From: Macrostomum lignano
Lineage: Eukaryota
Direction: 5' to 3'
DNA: 64,000 bases
Assembly: GCA_002269645.1 (NCBI GenBank)
Contig: NIVC01000863.1
Coordinates: forward strand, 77,630 to 141,629
The notes below the pieces were generated by a model that worked only from the letters and a program-made list of their open reading frames with translations, did not search any database and was not told where the DNA came from. Shown piece by piece: positions 48,729 to 59,331 of the stretch (positions within the stretch are counted from its first letter, which is position 1; the number at the start of each line of letters is the position of its first letter). The position numbers and the translations under genes were made by a program.

Positions 48729-51700
48729 TCAACTCAAAGAGTTGAAAAACTTGACCCTATTAGGGAACACTTTGGTTATGTCTAATTTAGCTTTTCGACT
48801 GCCAGCCTTGAAGCGGTAGCCCAGGTGTAGAAATTTGTGCACCGCAAGCGTGGCGTTGTCGCTATCGTCCATGCGCCAATTCTTTGCCTGCAGAGTCTTG
48901 CAGCCGGCCAGGGACACGGTCCACCAGCGAAAGTTCACTGCAAATTCACAGTTACCGTATTAACCTTTTTGAATAATTCGGGAGCATTTCGATGCTGGCA
49001 AAGGTGATGTGTGTTGTAGGTGAAGCTGTGAATTGTGAAGGTGAAGCTGTGAATTTTGAAGGTGAAGCTGTGAATTGTGAAGGTGAAGCTATTAGATAAT
49101 GTGAAGATGAAGTTATTAGAGGATGTGAAGCTACAATTATTAGATATTGTGAAGGTGAAGTTATTAGATAATGTGAAGGTGAAGTTATTAGATAATGTGA
49201 AGGTGAAGTTATTAGATAATGTGAAGGTGAAGTTATTAGATAATGTGAAGGTGAAGTTATTAGATAATGTGAAGATGAAGTTATTAGAGGATGTGAAGCT
49301 ACAATTATTAGATATTGTGAAGGTGAAGTTATTAGATAATGTGAAGGTGAAGTTATTAGATAATGTGAAGGTGAAGTTATTAGATAATGTGAAGGTGAAG
49401 TTATTAGATAATGTGAAGGTGAAGTTATTAGATAATGTGAAGATGAAGTTATTAGAGGATGTGAAGCTACAATTATTAGATATTGTGAAGGTGAAGTTAT
49501 TAGATAATGTGAAGGTGAAGTTATTAGATAATGTGAAGGTGAAGTTATTAGATAATGTGAAGGTGAAGTTATTAGATAATGTGAAGGTGAAGTTATTAGA
49601 TAATGTGAAGGTGAAGTTATTAGATAATGTGAAGGTGAAGTTATTAGAGAATGTGAAGGTGAAGTTATTAGAGGATGTGAAGCTACAAGTATTAGATAAT
49701 GTGAAGGTGAAGTTATTAGATAATGTGAAGGTGAAGTTATTAGATGATGTGAAGCTACAATTATTAGATAATGTGAAGGTGAAGTTCCTAGATAACGTGA
49801 AGGTGAAACTCCTAAACAATGTGAATGTGAAGTGCGTGAAGCAAGCTAGAACAAACAGTTGGACTCACGCGTAACCAGGCACGTCTGCTTCCAGTCCTTG
49901 CCGGGGTCCATCAGGGGCGACATGACCCGGGATTCAAGCAGGGCCACGGGAGGCAATTTAGCCGAATTTGACGCTTTCCTAGAAAGGGCACAGTACTCGG
50001 CGTACTTTGCCGTTAACAGGCGCGGTCCAGTGCTCTCGAATGCATTACCAACTTTGCCATATTGGCTCATCGCATTGATCATGAACTGATAGAATGGATG
50101 ACCAGGCGCTGAGCCCATCGCCGAATTCATGGCGCTGTAGGGCATGGACCAGAATATGTTGCTCTGCTCTTGGCGCTCCTGGTCTACGAAGGCTGGCAAG
50201 CCCGACAGTGCCGGGAAAAATGGCCGCTGACATTCGACGTCCATGTCTAAATAAATGCCTGTCCGAACCAAAGCGAGTGATATTGGAGCTAAAGCGAGTG
50301 ACATTGGAGCTAGAGCGAGTGATATTGGAGCTAGACCGAGTGATATTGGAGCTAGACCGAGTGGCATTGGAGCTAGAGCGAGTGACATTGGAGCTAAAGC
50401 GAGTGACATTGGAGCTAGAGCGAGTGATATTGGAGCTAGACCGAGTGATATTGGAGCTAGACCGAGTGGCATTGGAGCTAGAGTGAGTGACATTGGAGCT
50501 AGAGCGAGTGACATTGAAGCTAGAGCGAGTGATATTGGAGCTAGAGCGAGTGATATTGGAGCTAGAGCGAGTGATATTGGAGCTAGAGCGAGTGATATTG
50601 GATCTAGACCGAGTGACATTGGAGCTAGAGCGAGTGACATTGGAGCTAGAGCGAGTGACATTGGAGCTAGAGCGAGTGACATTGGAGCTAGAGCGAGTGA
50701 TATTGGAGCTAGAGCGAGCAACATTGGAGCTAGAGCGAGTGATATTGGAGCTAGAGCGAGTGATATTGGAGCTAGACCGAGTGACATTGGAGCTAGACCG
50801 AGTGGCATTGGAGCTAGAGCGAGTGGCATTGGAGCTAGAGCGAGTGACATCTGACACGGGAGCCAGAGCAAGTGACATGGGGGCCAGAGACCAGAGTGAG
50901 TGAAATTGGAGATGGAGGGTGACATTAAGCCAGAGCTAGGGACATTGGATTGTGTGCCAGAAAGGGCAATATTGCAGTGGGTGTGAAACCGGAGTCAGTC
51001 AGAGTGACATTAGAGTGAGAGAGTGAAATCGTAGTGAAACTTAGGTTAGGAGTGCTGATGAAGTCGAAGAGATTACAGGAAAGTGTGACATTTTGGAGTG
51101 CCAGCTATGACAGCTGAAGCCACACAAGCCATAAAGCAGATTAAGACACAAAACTCACCGCCAAAGTGATGCAGAACAATATACCGAATAGAATCGGCTC
51201 GCTCCAAGTTGTCCTTGTAGCTTAGATACTTGGATAGAAATCCTGGATATTTGCTAGCAATTAAAGCTTCAGCATCTGAGTCGGTCCATAGATAATACTG
51301 CCAGTCAGGATTTAGTGTCAAGCAGCTGTTGATCAGAGGCAAGTAGTTTTTGTAAACCATTTTAGTTGGAAATGTTTGGTGAATAATTTTTGGTATTGAC
51401 ATGTTGGACCAAGAAGTGGAATTTGAATTAGTTGAATTCCTATAATTAGGCATTTGCCAGATTCCATTTATCAGGATTGGCCTATCTAATTGAGGAAGTT
51501 GTCCATTGTGGCCGATTATTTTTGTCATCTGATTGCTGTACAGGGTAAAGTTAGGCAAGCTGACAAACACGAGCTGAAAATATTGATTTGGGAAAGGGGG
51601 AATGCTTTTAGATTGGCTGCATTATACTTTTGTACTTTAGTGGAAGCCACATTATCTTTGTATACTTTAGTAGATCTTCAAAATTATAGTAACCAAGCTT

Positions 51701-54700
51701 TATAATTTTAACTTTTATGATACTTTGAAATAAATTTGACTTTCAAGTGAGGTATTCTAATTTTGCTCTTGTCTCATTAAATAAAATATGTCTAATCTTC
51801 TAAAAATAAATTAAGTACTCTTAGACAATGCATAATTCTCAACTTTTGAAAAAGATCCTAAAAAGAAAAATCACTGGCCAAAAAACAAGTTTTAACTATT
51901 GAAAATGCCTTAATAATTTGAGTTCTATAATATAGTTTTTTTTAGAAATAAGCAATTTTAATAAAAGTGTGCATCCTAATAAATATGAACTTAACTTTTG
52001 TTAAATAAATTTATAAATTGTTTATTTTAAACAAACCCACTTTTGTACTTAATTTTTTATCTTATATTAGCAGAATATTTAGAAAACAAGCCTTCAAAAG
52101 CAAAAATTATGCTAAATAGGTTTATGACACTAAGAATCTATAATAAAGTAATAAAGGCTAAGGCTTCTTTTAAAACTGTCTTTACTATTTAACATGTTGA
52201 CATTGTTCATCCTGTAATTTTTTAATACAAGCCTATAAACCTTAAAAGTCATAATATATTTACTTATCTTGGAGCAATAGCTAGAGTTCTGGCATTGGAA
52301 CCCATTTTTTAATGGCTATGGATCTAGCAGTGGTATTCTAATAATGCAATTTATAGGTATAATATAGGGCCTAGTATAAACATCTTACTTTTTAATAGAT
52401 GGTTGATATTGAGATTTTGTTCAAGATAAGATCAAAATGAAATGATAAGATTTAAATCAAGATATTTCTAATGTTCAAGACTTCATTAATAAATAACTGC
52501 CTGCAGAAGATTTCCAGATCCATAGCCATTAGAAAATGGGTTCCAGTACCAGAACCCTAGCCTAGCCATTATCTATTTTTGGTAACTATTATTATTACTT
52601 TTTACTTTCTTTCCAAAGAAAAATAAAATCTAACAATTAGCTTAAAGACTATAGCTTTGCTAAATGATTCCACTGAAGATATAGCTTGCCTTTTGCCATT
52701 TTGACATCTATTGACAGGCTTCTTTTTATTCGTTATTTGTACACAAAGATATAATTTTCTATGCCATTTTAAAATCTGTGTTTCTGGCTCATTCCATGAG
52801 TGTGTCACACATGGGTTCATTTTTTATTGTAACATTTTCTTCATTTTTTATGTTTTTGAATGTACAAATATATATATTTTTAGTTTCTATTGGCTAATAT
52901 CAATTTTATTGCACATATTATTTGAATAAAGCTCTAGTCCATATAGTACCTCATGTGGCCCATGACAAACACAATTGACTTTGTCTTTTTCCTACTTAAT
53001 AAAATATTTCATTCAAAATATTTGCATAATATAAATTATGTATTTACCTATGTTCTTTAAGAAAATAGACTTAAGAATATATAAGAAAGATAATAAAAAT
53101 AGGCAATAAGTTTTATACTACCTTGGCAACTTTGACTATCACAAAATAAAACAAAAAAGTTATTTTAATTGTTGATAAAGCTTATATGCAGCCTAGAGTT
53201 GCTTTGAAAATGTAGTTCTTAATGTGCACTTTAATGTTATAAAATTTCATTGGTATATATATTGTTAATCAATAGATAAAACACTGCAAAGTTGCCTTCG
53301 ACCATAACACAAAAATTGAGCAAGTTGTCTCCCATTTGATCTATGGTATAAAGTTTTTATTTTCAGTAATTTTATTAAACCAAGTAGGGGTTCCAAGTAG
53401 AATATAACCAAGTAATATATTATATTTCATGTATTCTAGCAGATAATGAATTCTAATAGTGCCCAGCCAAATGTTAGTGCCCAACCTAAGTCCAGTGCCC
53501 AATGTAGTAAGGAGTATCGGGCTAGAAATGCTAATAGGTTGAAAACTAAGGAAAAAGAGCGCAGCAAACTTTGTCATCTACTTAGCTCTGATGAGCAAAA
53601 GGCCAAGGCCAAGGCACAGGCCCTAGTGCGATATCAAAAGAACTCTGCCATTGCCCTTGAAAAAGCTGCCAATGCAATCCAGAGTACATCACCTGCTTAT
53701 GCCAATAGACAGGCCGAATCTTGCACTGTTAACAGGTACAGTTTCAAGTTTTGGTGTTCTGGGGTCATTTTCTAGCTGCTTTCCATTGGAAGCTCTAACC
53801 ATAACCCCCATCTCTGATATGATTTATTCGATTAGTTATTTATCATAAAAAAGGTTACTGTAAAAGTATTTATTAGTCCTACACTTATATTTCCTTACCA
53901 GAGTTGAAAATAAATTTTTCACAGTTGGTACCTTCAACCGTCACACTTCGACCATCACAAGAGAAAAGTGTCAAAACTTTTTTTCTGCTTGTTTGTATGT
54001 ATTTAATATTTTATATTACTAAGTATGGCTAATTTCTAGTTTGTGTATTGATTTTTATGGCTCTAAGATCATCAAGACCGAAGAAAACACAAAAAACAAT
54101 TCACTCCCCTTTACCTTTGAGTTCTTCAACTTCGACCGTCACATGCACAATAAGCTAAATTAATTGAGAATCAAAAACTTCTGTGTCACAAGTTAAACAA
54201 GTTCAAAAGATCTAGTTGGTTATTATTATTTTTTTGATGAAAAAAAGGCTGCAAAACCCCTTTTTCATATATTTTTTGTGAAATTAATGTACCAACCTTT
54301 GACCGTCACACTCGTAGAAATAGCCTTCTAAGAAAATAGCTACATCATGTATCCAGTTCCTAGTCATTTCGTCATCTGCCATTTCGTCATCTGGGTGTCT
54401 GGGGTGCTCACCTTGACTATGGTCACTTCGTCATCTTAATTAACATGCACTACCTAAAGAGAGTCATTTCATCATCTACCAATCATATTAGTTCAAGTGA
54501 ATTATTGTGGCAATTAAATATATTTACTTAGAATCCTAAATGATCCTAGTCATTTTGTCATCTTGATTGATAAAACCTGTCAATCGATCGGTTCTGCTTG
54601 CCGCAGCTTATAGTTATTAAACAAAAAATAGTTACACTAACTTGAATCACGTACAGATTGATTGGTTGATGACGAAGTATCTAGCATAACTAAATATTTG

Positions 54701-55750
54701 GTCACTTTGTCATATTATTTTTCAAGCTACTTTGCTTCTGGTCACTTCATCATCCAATATGATGAAATGGAATATGACGATCTGACCAGTGACCCATGTA
54801 TCCTATATTATGGATCCCTATTGCAGCCAATGGCCATTTTCGTGGACGGCGTCCGGCGTGGATTGGCCTGGCGGCGGCGTGGCGCGCGGCGGCGGTGCGG
54901 CGCGTGGCAGCGGCGCACGGTGGCGTGGCGTGTGGCGGCGGCGCGCGGCGAGCCATTGACTGACTAATTGAACCAAATCACTGATCCTGGGGACTGGCCC
55001 TGGCGCAGTACGGGTAGATGTCTGGCGCGGGAAAGGGGGGCGTCCGGCGCGGTTCAGACCTTGGCTGCAATAGGGTTATGGATCTGTATCATAGAATTTA
55101 TTTTGTTTTAATAATTATCTTTTTCAAAATTTTTATGCAATTTACTTTTTTGTTATAAATGATCTGAAATTTTAGTATAAATAAACACAAATTCAGTGGA
55201 AGAAAGAACACCTTCTATCTTTTAAGAGATAAAAGGAAAGCTTTGTATGAATTTGTACAACTTTGGTGGCAGTTTATGAGATTTCCTAGGCTAGTCTAGT
55301 GTACAAGAAACACACCTGTAACAACTTGGTGGCTTAATGGTAAAATTTTCAACAGAGAACAATTACCCCTATAACATTTATTTAAATGGCAAAATAACAT
55401 ATCATTATATAAAATTAACATTTATCTGACTAATAAACTATATTAATTGCACTTGACCTGGCTTTGCTAAACCAAGTAGTTTTGTTTTTTAGTTTTTTGC
55501 CTTTTGTGGAATTTGCTATTACTTAAAAACTACTCTAAAGTCTCTAAAGCTCTAAGAAATACTCAGTCTAAATATTTTTAATTTACATTAGCAGTGGTAG
55601 CTTCGCCTTCATGCTGCTCATGCCATGGTAGAAAAAAAAGAATAGAAAAAGATTTAAAATAAAAAAGTTTGCAGAATGACTTACCCATAAGAATACAAAA
55701 ACAGTGACAAAATACATAAAAATCTTTAAACGTCGAGCAGGTCGCGCCAT
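48729..55750 (-). CDS. GT32-family DXD glycosyltransferase (SUR1/CSH1/OCH1-like), type II membrane, 359 aa; complement(join(48729..48937,49869..50258,51159..51573,55685..55750))
   Basis: The N-terminus MARPARRLK-IFMYFVTVFVFLW|LVFVSL gives a basic tail plus signal anchor across a TGG|GTAAGT..TTTTCAG| junction. Motifs: IPKIIHQT, NPDWQYYLWTD, ERADSIRYIVLHHFG|GIYLDMDVEC, NSAMGSAPGHPF, TGPRLL, AVHKFLH. Phases 0,1,1 are consistent; 1080 nt = 360 codons including stop. Confidence 0.9.
49020..49830. repeat. 24-bp minisatellite (GTGAAGGTGAAGTTATTAGATAAT)n with a 168-bp higher-order unit, glycosyltransferase intron 3
   Basis: The variant block GTGAAGATGAAG..GAGGAT..CTACAA recurs at 49101, 49269 and 49437. 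Confidence 0.93.
50270..50850. repeat. 21-bp minisatellite (GAGCGAGTGATATTGGAGCTA)n in glycosyltransferase intron 2
   Basis: About 27 copies; ends about 10 nt from the acceptor at 50259. Confidence 0.93.
52280..52561. mobile_element. MITE-like element with 46-bp imperfect TIRs (possibly hAT-type)
   Basis: 52280-52325 GCTAGAGTTCTGGCATTGGAACCCATTTTTTAATGGCTATGGATCT versus the reverse complement of 52516-52561: 4 mismatches; no clean TSD. Confidence 0.65.
54355..54794. mobile_element. Old non-autonomous DNA transposon, Mutator-like by its 9-bp TSD
   Basis: Flanked by the direct repeat CATGTATCC (54346-54354 and 54795-54803); about 38-bp degenerate TIRs (~28/38 match); internal GTCA(T/C)TTCGTCATC subrepeats in both orientations. 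Confidence 0.6.
54816..55075. mobile_element. Young GC-rich MITE with a perfect 15-bp TIR and 8-bp TSD, superfamily unassigned
   Basis: CCCTATTGCAGCCAA (54816-54830) / TTGGCTGCAATAGGG (55061-55075); TSD TTATGGAT at 54808-54815 and 55076-55083. Confidence 0.85.
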
Positions 55751-55879
55751 TTGAGGTGATAGACTGATAGGCAATCCTATCCTATCCTATCCTAGCACAT
55801 TTATTTATTCTTTGCTGCCAGCCTGCCAGTTAGGAGGGGAGTGACCGGAGACCAGAGGGTCATGCAGTCTGTATCATGG

Positions 55880-56742
55880 AACTTGAGGTAGGGCAGTTAG
55901 AGATAGCTTGGATTAGTTTTATTCCGTCGTCGCTCGTTATTCAGATCAGATGCTTTGCTTTAATTATGTTGATCTATAATCTAATGTGTACACAAGATCT
56001 AGGCAGCTAGTGCGGCTCAGTATTTGAATTTCCGCCTGCGTTTGAGTTCGCTCGTTTAAAGACGGAAAATTGCGCAGTCAAATCTCCTGAAAATCTGTCG
56101 GGTTACTCCATCTGCCGGGTCCTCAACTCCGGGGAGGGTAGTTCTAGTCGTATCGAGCGGTGGCAAAGGGCCTGTCAACTTAAGCTCATAAACGAGTAAC
56201 CTATGTACACAAATGATACGTCATGATCTGCTCACAGTGAGACCAGAAAGCTGGATTTGGCAAAAAAAGCTACAAAAATTGGACCTGGGATGACAATTAT
56301 GGATTCTACCTTATGAGCGTAAGTTACATAATAGTCCCTAACTGTACCTTGCTTGTTCTCTCCTATCCCAGGTCCAATTTTTGTAGCTTTTTGCCAAATC
56401 TACACTCGTAGCTTCCTGCTGGTGTCACTGAGCAGAAAAGCATATCATTTGTGTACAGGTTACTCGGGCTCCACTTTATGAGCTTTAAGTTGACAGGCCG
56501 ACCCTTTATCACGGACGTCATTCAGGGCCTTGCAGACACTCAATGTAACGTCAATCTTAATGTACGTCAATTTGCGTTAAAGCTTATTACATGTATTACT
56601 AGCGCAGTGCAGTGTGCTGCCATGCACAACCGTACGTAATTATAACGTATTTATACGGACCGTTATGTTCCCAGAGCTTGCTTCGAGATGAGATTTTGGT
56701 AGCTTTACGCCCCGTTTTCATAGTGTACTCAACGATAAAGGC
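55880..56742 (+). repeat. Unclassified dispersed repeat, copy A
   Basis: Blocks TTGAAT..CCGCCTGCG..GGGTTACTCC.TCTGCCGG..TCCTCAA.TCCGGGGGAGGGTAGT and TGCTGCCA..ACCGT..CGTTAT.TTC..AGAGCTTGCTT..TTTACGCCCC are shared with 61848-63235. Confidence 0.65.
56227..56436. repeat. Long inverted repeat (hairpin or MITE-like)
   Basis: 56254-56291 pairs with 56365-56400 almost perfectly (A-run length differs); outer arms 56227-56246 / 56419-56436. Confidence 0.75.
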
Positions 56743-57194
56743 TAATTAAAAGCTATAGTTTTTAATTAAGCTTTAAGTTTTTAAGTTTTAAGTTTTTAAT
56801 TTTTAAGCTATAGCTAAAGAATATAGTTTAATGGCCGGGGTTATTATTATTGGTGCTGGATAAATATTTACGCACGCAAATGTGTCAATTTGAGCAACTA
56901 AAGCAAAAGAGCACCCCAGTGTGGTAGCAAGCACGATCACATGCACGGGCGCCCAGCATTGGAGCGAAAACAGACCGCGTCTCCGCGAGTGTTCACGAGC
57001 GGCCTCGAGAGCTGCGGACGCGCGGCCGGATGTGGTGGGACGTGTCCCCGCACTTAACTCCAGTAGACGGAGCAGAGCTATAGCGATCCGAGCGCTGTGG
57101 CAGAACTGGTGAGCGTGGGCGGGCATCCCTCGATCGGCCTGGTGTTGCTGCATAATCTACATGTAGCTATGAGCTGCCGGCCAGAGGTTCTGCG

Positions 57195-58650
57195 GGGTAA
57201 GAATCGTGAGATTCTGGGGGTAAGAATCGTGAGATTCTGGGGGTAAGAATCGTGAGATTCTGGGGGTAAGAATCGTGAGATTCTGGGGGTGAAGAATCGT
57301 GAGATTCTGGGGGTAAGAATCGTGAGATTCTGGGGGTAAGAATCGTGAGATTCTGGGGGTAAGAATCGTGAGATTCTGGGGGTAAGAATCGTGAGATTCT
57401 GGGGGTAAGAATCGTGAGATTCTGGGGGTAAGAATCGTGAGATTCTGGGGGTAAGAATCGTGAGATTCTGGGGTAAGAATCGTGAGATTCTGGGGGTAAG
57501 AATCGTGAGATTCTGGGGTAAGAATCGTGAGATTCTGGGGATAAGAATCGCGTGAGATTCTGGGGGGGTAAGAATCGTGAGATTCTGGGGGTAAGAATCG
57601 TGAGATTCTGGGGTAAGAATCGTGAGATTCTGGGGGTAAGAATCGTGAGATTCTGGGGGATAAGAATCGCGTGAGATTCTGGGGAGGGGTAAGAATCGTG
57701 AGATTCTGGGGGTAAGAATCGTGAGATTCTGGGGGATAAGAATCGCGTGAGATTCTGGGGAGGGGTAAGAATCGTGAGATTCTGGGGAGGGGTAAGAATC
57801 GTGAGATTCTGGGGGTAAGAATCGTGAGATTCTGGGGGATAAGAATCGCGTGAGATTCTGGGGAGGGGTAAGAATCGTGAGATTCTGGGGGAAGAATCGT
57901 GAGATTCTGGGGGTAAGAATCGTGAGATTCTGGGGGTAAGAATCGTGAGATTCTGGGGGTAAGAATCGTGAGATTCTGGGGGTAAGAATCGTGAGATTCT
58001 GGGGTAAGAATCGTGAGATTCTGGGGAAGAATCGTGAGATTCTGGGGGTAAGAATCGTGAGATTCTGGGGGTAAGAATCGTGAGATTCTGGGGTAAGAAT
58101 CGTGAGATTCTGGGGTAAGAATCGTGAGATTCTGGGGATAAGAATCGCGTGAGATTCTGGGGAGGGGTAAGAATCGTGAGATTCTGGGGTAAGAATCGTG
58201 AGATTCTGGGGGATAAGAATCGCGTGAGATTCTGGGGAGGGGTAAGAATCGTGAGATTCTGGGGAGGGGTAAGAATCGTGAGATTCTGGGGAGGGGTAAG
58301 AATCGTGTGATTCTGGGGAGGGGTAAGAATCGTGAGATTCTGGGGGTAAGAATCGTGAGATTCTGGGGGGAAGAATCGTGAGATTCTGGGGGTAAGAATC
58401 GTGAGATTCTGGGGTAAGAATCGTGAGATTCTGGGGGTGAAGAATCGTGAGATTCTGGAGGGTAAGAATCGTGAGATTCTGGGGGGAAGAATCGTGAGAT
58501 TCTGGGGTAAGAATCGTGAGATTCTGGGGGTAAGAATCGTGAGATTCTGGGGGTTAAGAATCGTGAGATTCTGGGGGGTAAGAATCGTGAGATTCTGGGG
58601 GGTAAGAATCGTGAGATTCTGGGGTAAGAATCGTAAGATTCTGGGGGTAA
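57195..58650. repeat. 23-28-bp hairpin/G-run minisatellite (GTAAGAATCGTGAGATTCTGGGGG)n, about 60 copies
   Basis: Read directly; each unit contains AGAATC-loop-GATTCT. Confidence 0.96.
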
Positions 58651-59331
58651 GAGTCCTGCTCAAAACAGAGGTTTTTATTTTAAAATAGCTAAATAGCGAT
58701 TTTGCGAGCCAAAAGTCGCAAACATACCAGTGCCTTGTCCCTACACCCCACCAATTTTGACCTGTTATGAAAATCAGTAGTTTTGCTTCAGGGCTCAAAA
58801 TGAGTGCCTTCAGTGCACTAAATTGCTAAAGACTTTGAAAATAGGAAAATTTGATAGGGAGGAGTTAATGTGAATTTCAGGAGACAAGTGAACGGCTTTA
58901 ATAGTTTTCAGTAGAGAGAGTAAAAAATACTAAATTACTGCATTGCAACTAATTTTTTTCTACTCATTGGTCGCTCGTGTCTGGAATGACTATTACTTTT
59001 CAAAGCCAGCGATGACGACTGAGTGAGCCGAACCGTACCGCCGTTGACCTGAAAGCAGGCAATAAAATTATATCTAATATGAAAGCGTCTTCCTATTATT
59101 AATTGCCTATAGTGGCGTAGTGATTTTGGGCAGGGGTTGTTCACTGAGAACCGATTTTTTGTTACTTTTTAGTTTCCTTCTAATAATTGCTTTTTGAAGC
59201 ATTTAATTGTACATGTATGTGATAAAGTTAGAGCGAAGATAAACTAATTTGTGAACTGGAAAAAGGTAGAAAAGAAAAAGAAAGTTTAAGTTTCCTATGT
59301 TTCGAAAAAATCTTTTTCAGTCTTTCCAAAC

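Noticed and set aside
49077-49874. 265-aa (VKVKLLDN)n plus-strand ORF resembling an amphipathic repeat protein
   Set aside because: Intronic 24-bp array, open on both strands; no non-repetitive coding flank
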